Assembly: GCA_035499005.1 (NCBI GenBank)
Contig: DATJZQ010000009.1
Coordinates: 5,792-69,791 of the forward strand
From: Burkholderiales bacterium
GTDB taxonomy: Bacteria; Pseudomonadota; Gammaproteobacteria; Burkholderiales; SHXO01
Reading direction: 5' to 3'
DNA: 64,000 nt
Notes under the pieces: model-generated
What the model saw: only the letters and a program-made list of their open reading frames with translations
What the model was told of the DNA's origin: nothing
Database searches by the model: none
Position numbers and translations under genes: made by a program
Part shown: positions 62,533 to 64,000 of the stretch, in pieces
How positions within the stretch are numbered: the first letter of the stretch is position 1
Layout: each line of letters starts with the position of its first letter

Positions 62533-64000
62533 ATGAGCAAGGTCAGATCTGACTTCTGGCGTGACTTCTGGACGCTGTTCAAACCGTATTGGTTCTCCGA
62601 GGAGCGGGTGACTGCTCGATTGCTGTTCATCGCCATCATCGCTCTCACGCTAGCCAGTGTGTACATGGATGTCCAGTTCAACACCTGGTACAACTTGTTC
62701 TACAACACCATGCAGGACAAGAACAGATCCGAGTTCTTCCACCAGATGCTGCGGTTCTGCGTCCTGGCTGGCATCTATATCGTGATCTATGTGTATTCGA
62801 CGTACCTCAACCAGATGCTGCAAATCCGTTGGCGCCGCTGGCTGACCGAGAGATATCTCACCGAATGGCTCGCCGACCGCACCTACTACCGCATGCAGCT
62901 CAACGCGAGTCAAACCGACAACCCCGACCAGCGCGTCGCGGAGGACTTGAAGCTATTCGTGGACTCTACGCTGTCGCTCTCTCTTGGCCTGCTGAATGCC
63001 GTGGTCACGCTGGTCGCCTTCCTGGGAATTCTGTGGGTGCTCTCCGGCACACTCGAGTTCGCGATCGGCGGACAGACCTACGTTTTGTACGGCTACATGG
63101 TGTGGGTAGCGCTCGCCTACGCGGTGGTCGGTACCATACTCGCGCACAAGATAGGCAGGCCGCTTATCGCTCTCAACTTCAACCAGCAGCGCTTCGAAGC
63201 TGACTTCCGGTTCAACCTGGTGCGCTTCCGCGAGAACGTGGAAGGCGTGGCGCTCTACCGCGGCGAAGAGGACGAGATGCGGGGCCTGCGCGGTCGTTTC
63301 ACTCAGGTCTTTTCCAACTGGTGGGCAATCATGCGGCGGCAGAAGAACCTGAATTTCTTCACCATCAGTTACAACCAGATCGCCGTGATATTCCCGTTCC
63401 TGGTCGCTGCGCCGCGTTTCTTCTCCGGCGCCATTCAGATGGGAGGTTTGATCCAGATCTCGCACGCATTCGGTAAGGTACAGGAGGCGTTAAGCTGGTT
63501 CATCAACCTGTATTCCAGCATCGCTGCCTGGAAGGCCACGGTGGACCGGCTGACCGGCTTTCACAACGCGATTGTCTACAGTCAGGAGCAGACGCGGGTA
63601 CAGCCAGGTATCGATACGGTCAAAGACGGCGGCACAACGCTCGCCCTGGACCATCTCGAACTCGATCTGCCAACCGGCCAACCGCTGCTGTCGAATGCCA
63701 ACCTGTCGATCGCGCCGGGGACACGCGTGCTGATCGAGGGGCCCTCGGGCTCGGGCAAGAGCACGTTGTTCCGCGCCATCGCCGGCATCTGGCCCTTCGG
63801 ACGGGGACTCATCCATCGCCCGCAAGACTTTCAGGCGTTGTTCCTCCCCCAGCGCCCCTATTTCCCACTGGGCACTCTGCGCGAAGCCGTGCTCTATCCA
63901 ATGGGCTCGACCTCGCGCTCCGATGAGGAAGTGAAGGACGCGCTGACGGCAGTGGGCCTCTCCCACCTGACGACACGTCTGGACGAGTCGGCTAACTGGG
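62533..64000 (+). CDS. ABC transporter, fused permease/ATPase of the SbmA-BacA / YddA-like family (3' end outside the window)
   Basis: Not in the ORF track because there is no stop within the window. My translation reads MSKVRSDFWRDFWTLFKPYWFSEERV...QTDNPDQRVAEDLKLF...RFNLVRFRENVEGVALYRGEE..., with Walker A GPSGSGKST at 63738-63764. SD GGGAG lies 7 nt upstream of the ATG. Confidence 0.88.
   Translation, partial: MSKVRSDFWRDFWTLFKPYWFSEERVTARLLFIAIIALTLASVYMDVQFNTWYNLFYNTMQDKNRSEFFHQMLRFCVLAGIYIVIYVYSTYLNQMLQIRWRRWLTERYLTEWLADRTYYRMQLNASQTDNPDQRVAEDLKLFVDSTLSLSLGLLNAVVTLVAFLGILWVLSGTLEFAIGGQTYVLYGYMVWVALAYAVVGTILAHKIGRPLIALNFNQQRFEADFRFNLVRFRENVEGVALYRGEEDEMRGLRGRFTQVFSNWWAIMRRQKNLNFFTISYNQIAVIFPFLVAAPRFFSGAIQMGGLIQISHAFGKVQEALSWFINLYSSIAAWKATVDRLTGFHNAIVYSQEQTRVQPGIDTVKDGGTTLALDHLELDLPTGQPLLSNANLSIAPGTRVLIEGPSGSGKSTLFRAIAGIWPFGRGLIHRPQDFQALFLPQRPYFPLGTLREAVLYPMGSTSRSDEEVKDALTAVGLSHLTTRLDESANW

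Overview
High-GC (roughly low-to-mid 60s % by eye) proteobacterial chromosome, most likely betaproteobacterial given the gene order (murB between murC and ddl; secA-argJ; rpsU-yqeY-dnaG-rpoD). The window is almost entirely conserved core genome. In order it holds: the 3' end of a sigma54-type regulator; the rpsU-yqeY-dnaG-rpoD operon; tsaD, plsY, xerD and ogt; ffh plus rpsP-rimM-trmD-rplS; ypjD/corC-like genes; pilB-pilC-pilD-coaE-zapD-yacG; a Nudix/ThiE-like fusion, a DUF815 ATPase, argJ and secA; an M23 peptidase and a DUF721/DciA-like gene; the complete dcw cluster lpxC<-ftsZ<-ftsA<-ftsQ<-ddl<-murB<-murC<-murG<-ftsW<-murD<-mraY<-murF<-murE<-ftsI<-ftsL<-rsmH<-mraZ; RNase P RNA (rnpB); pyrC; rsmI / lpoA-yraN-diaA-BON; a heptose adenylyltransferase; an orphan cheR; a type IV pilus minor-pilin/PilY1 operon; and the 5' part of a YddA/SbmA-BacA-like ABC transporter that the ORF track misses because it runs off the window. 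I found no CRISPR array, IS element, integrase island, tRNA or toxin/defence-like cassette, and no convincing evidence for a large undescribed system. The loci most worth a second look are small: (1) a 50-aa basic ORF with its own Shine-Dalgarno filling an unusual 183-nt gap between murG and murC; (2) a 63-aa two-TM ORF downstream of lpxC that overlaps the tail of the DciA-like gene convergently; (3) a ~770-nt non-coding region between the minor-pilin operon and the ABC transporter; (4) an orphan small exported protein in a lower-GC pocket; (5) oddities in the pilin leader sequences. Most long ORFs in the track are antisense shadows of real genes, or upstream extensions of them.
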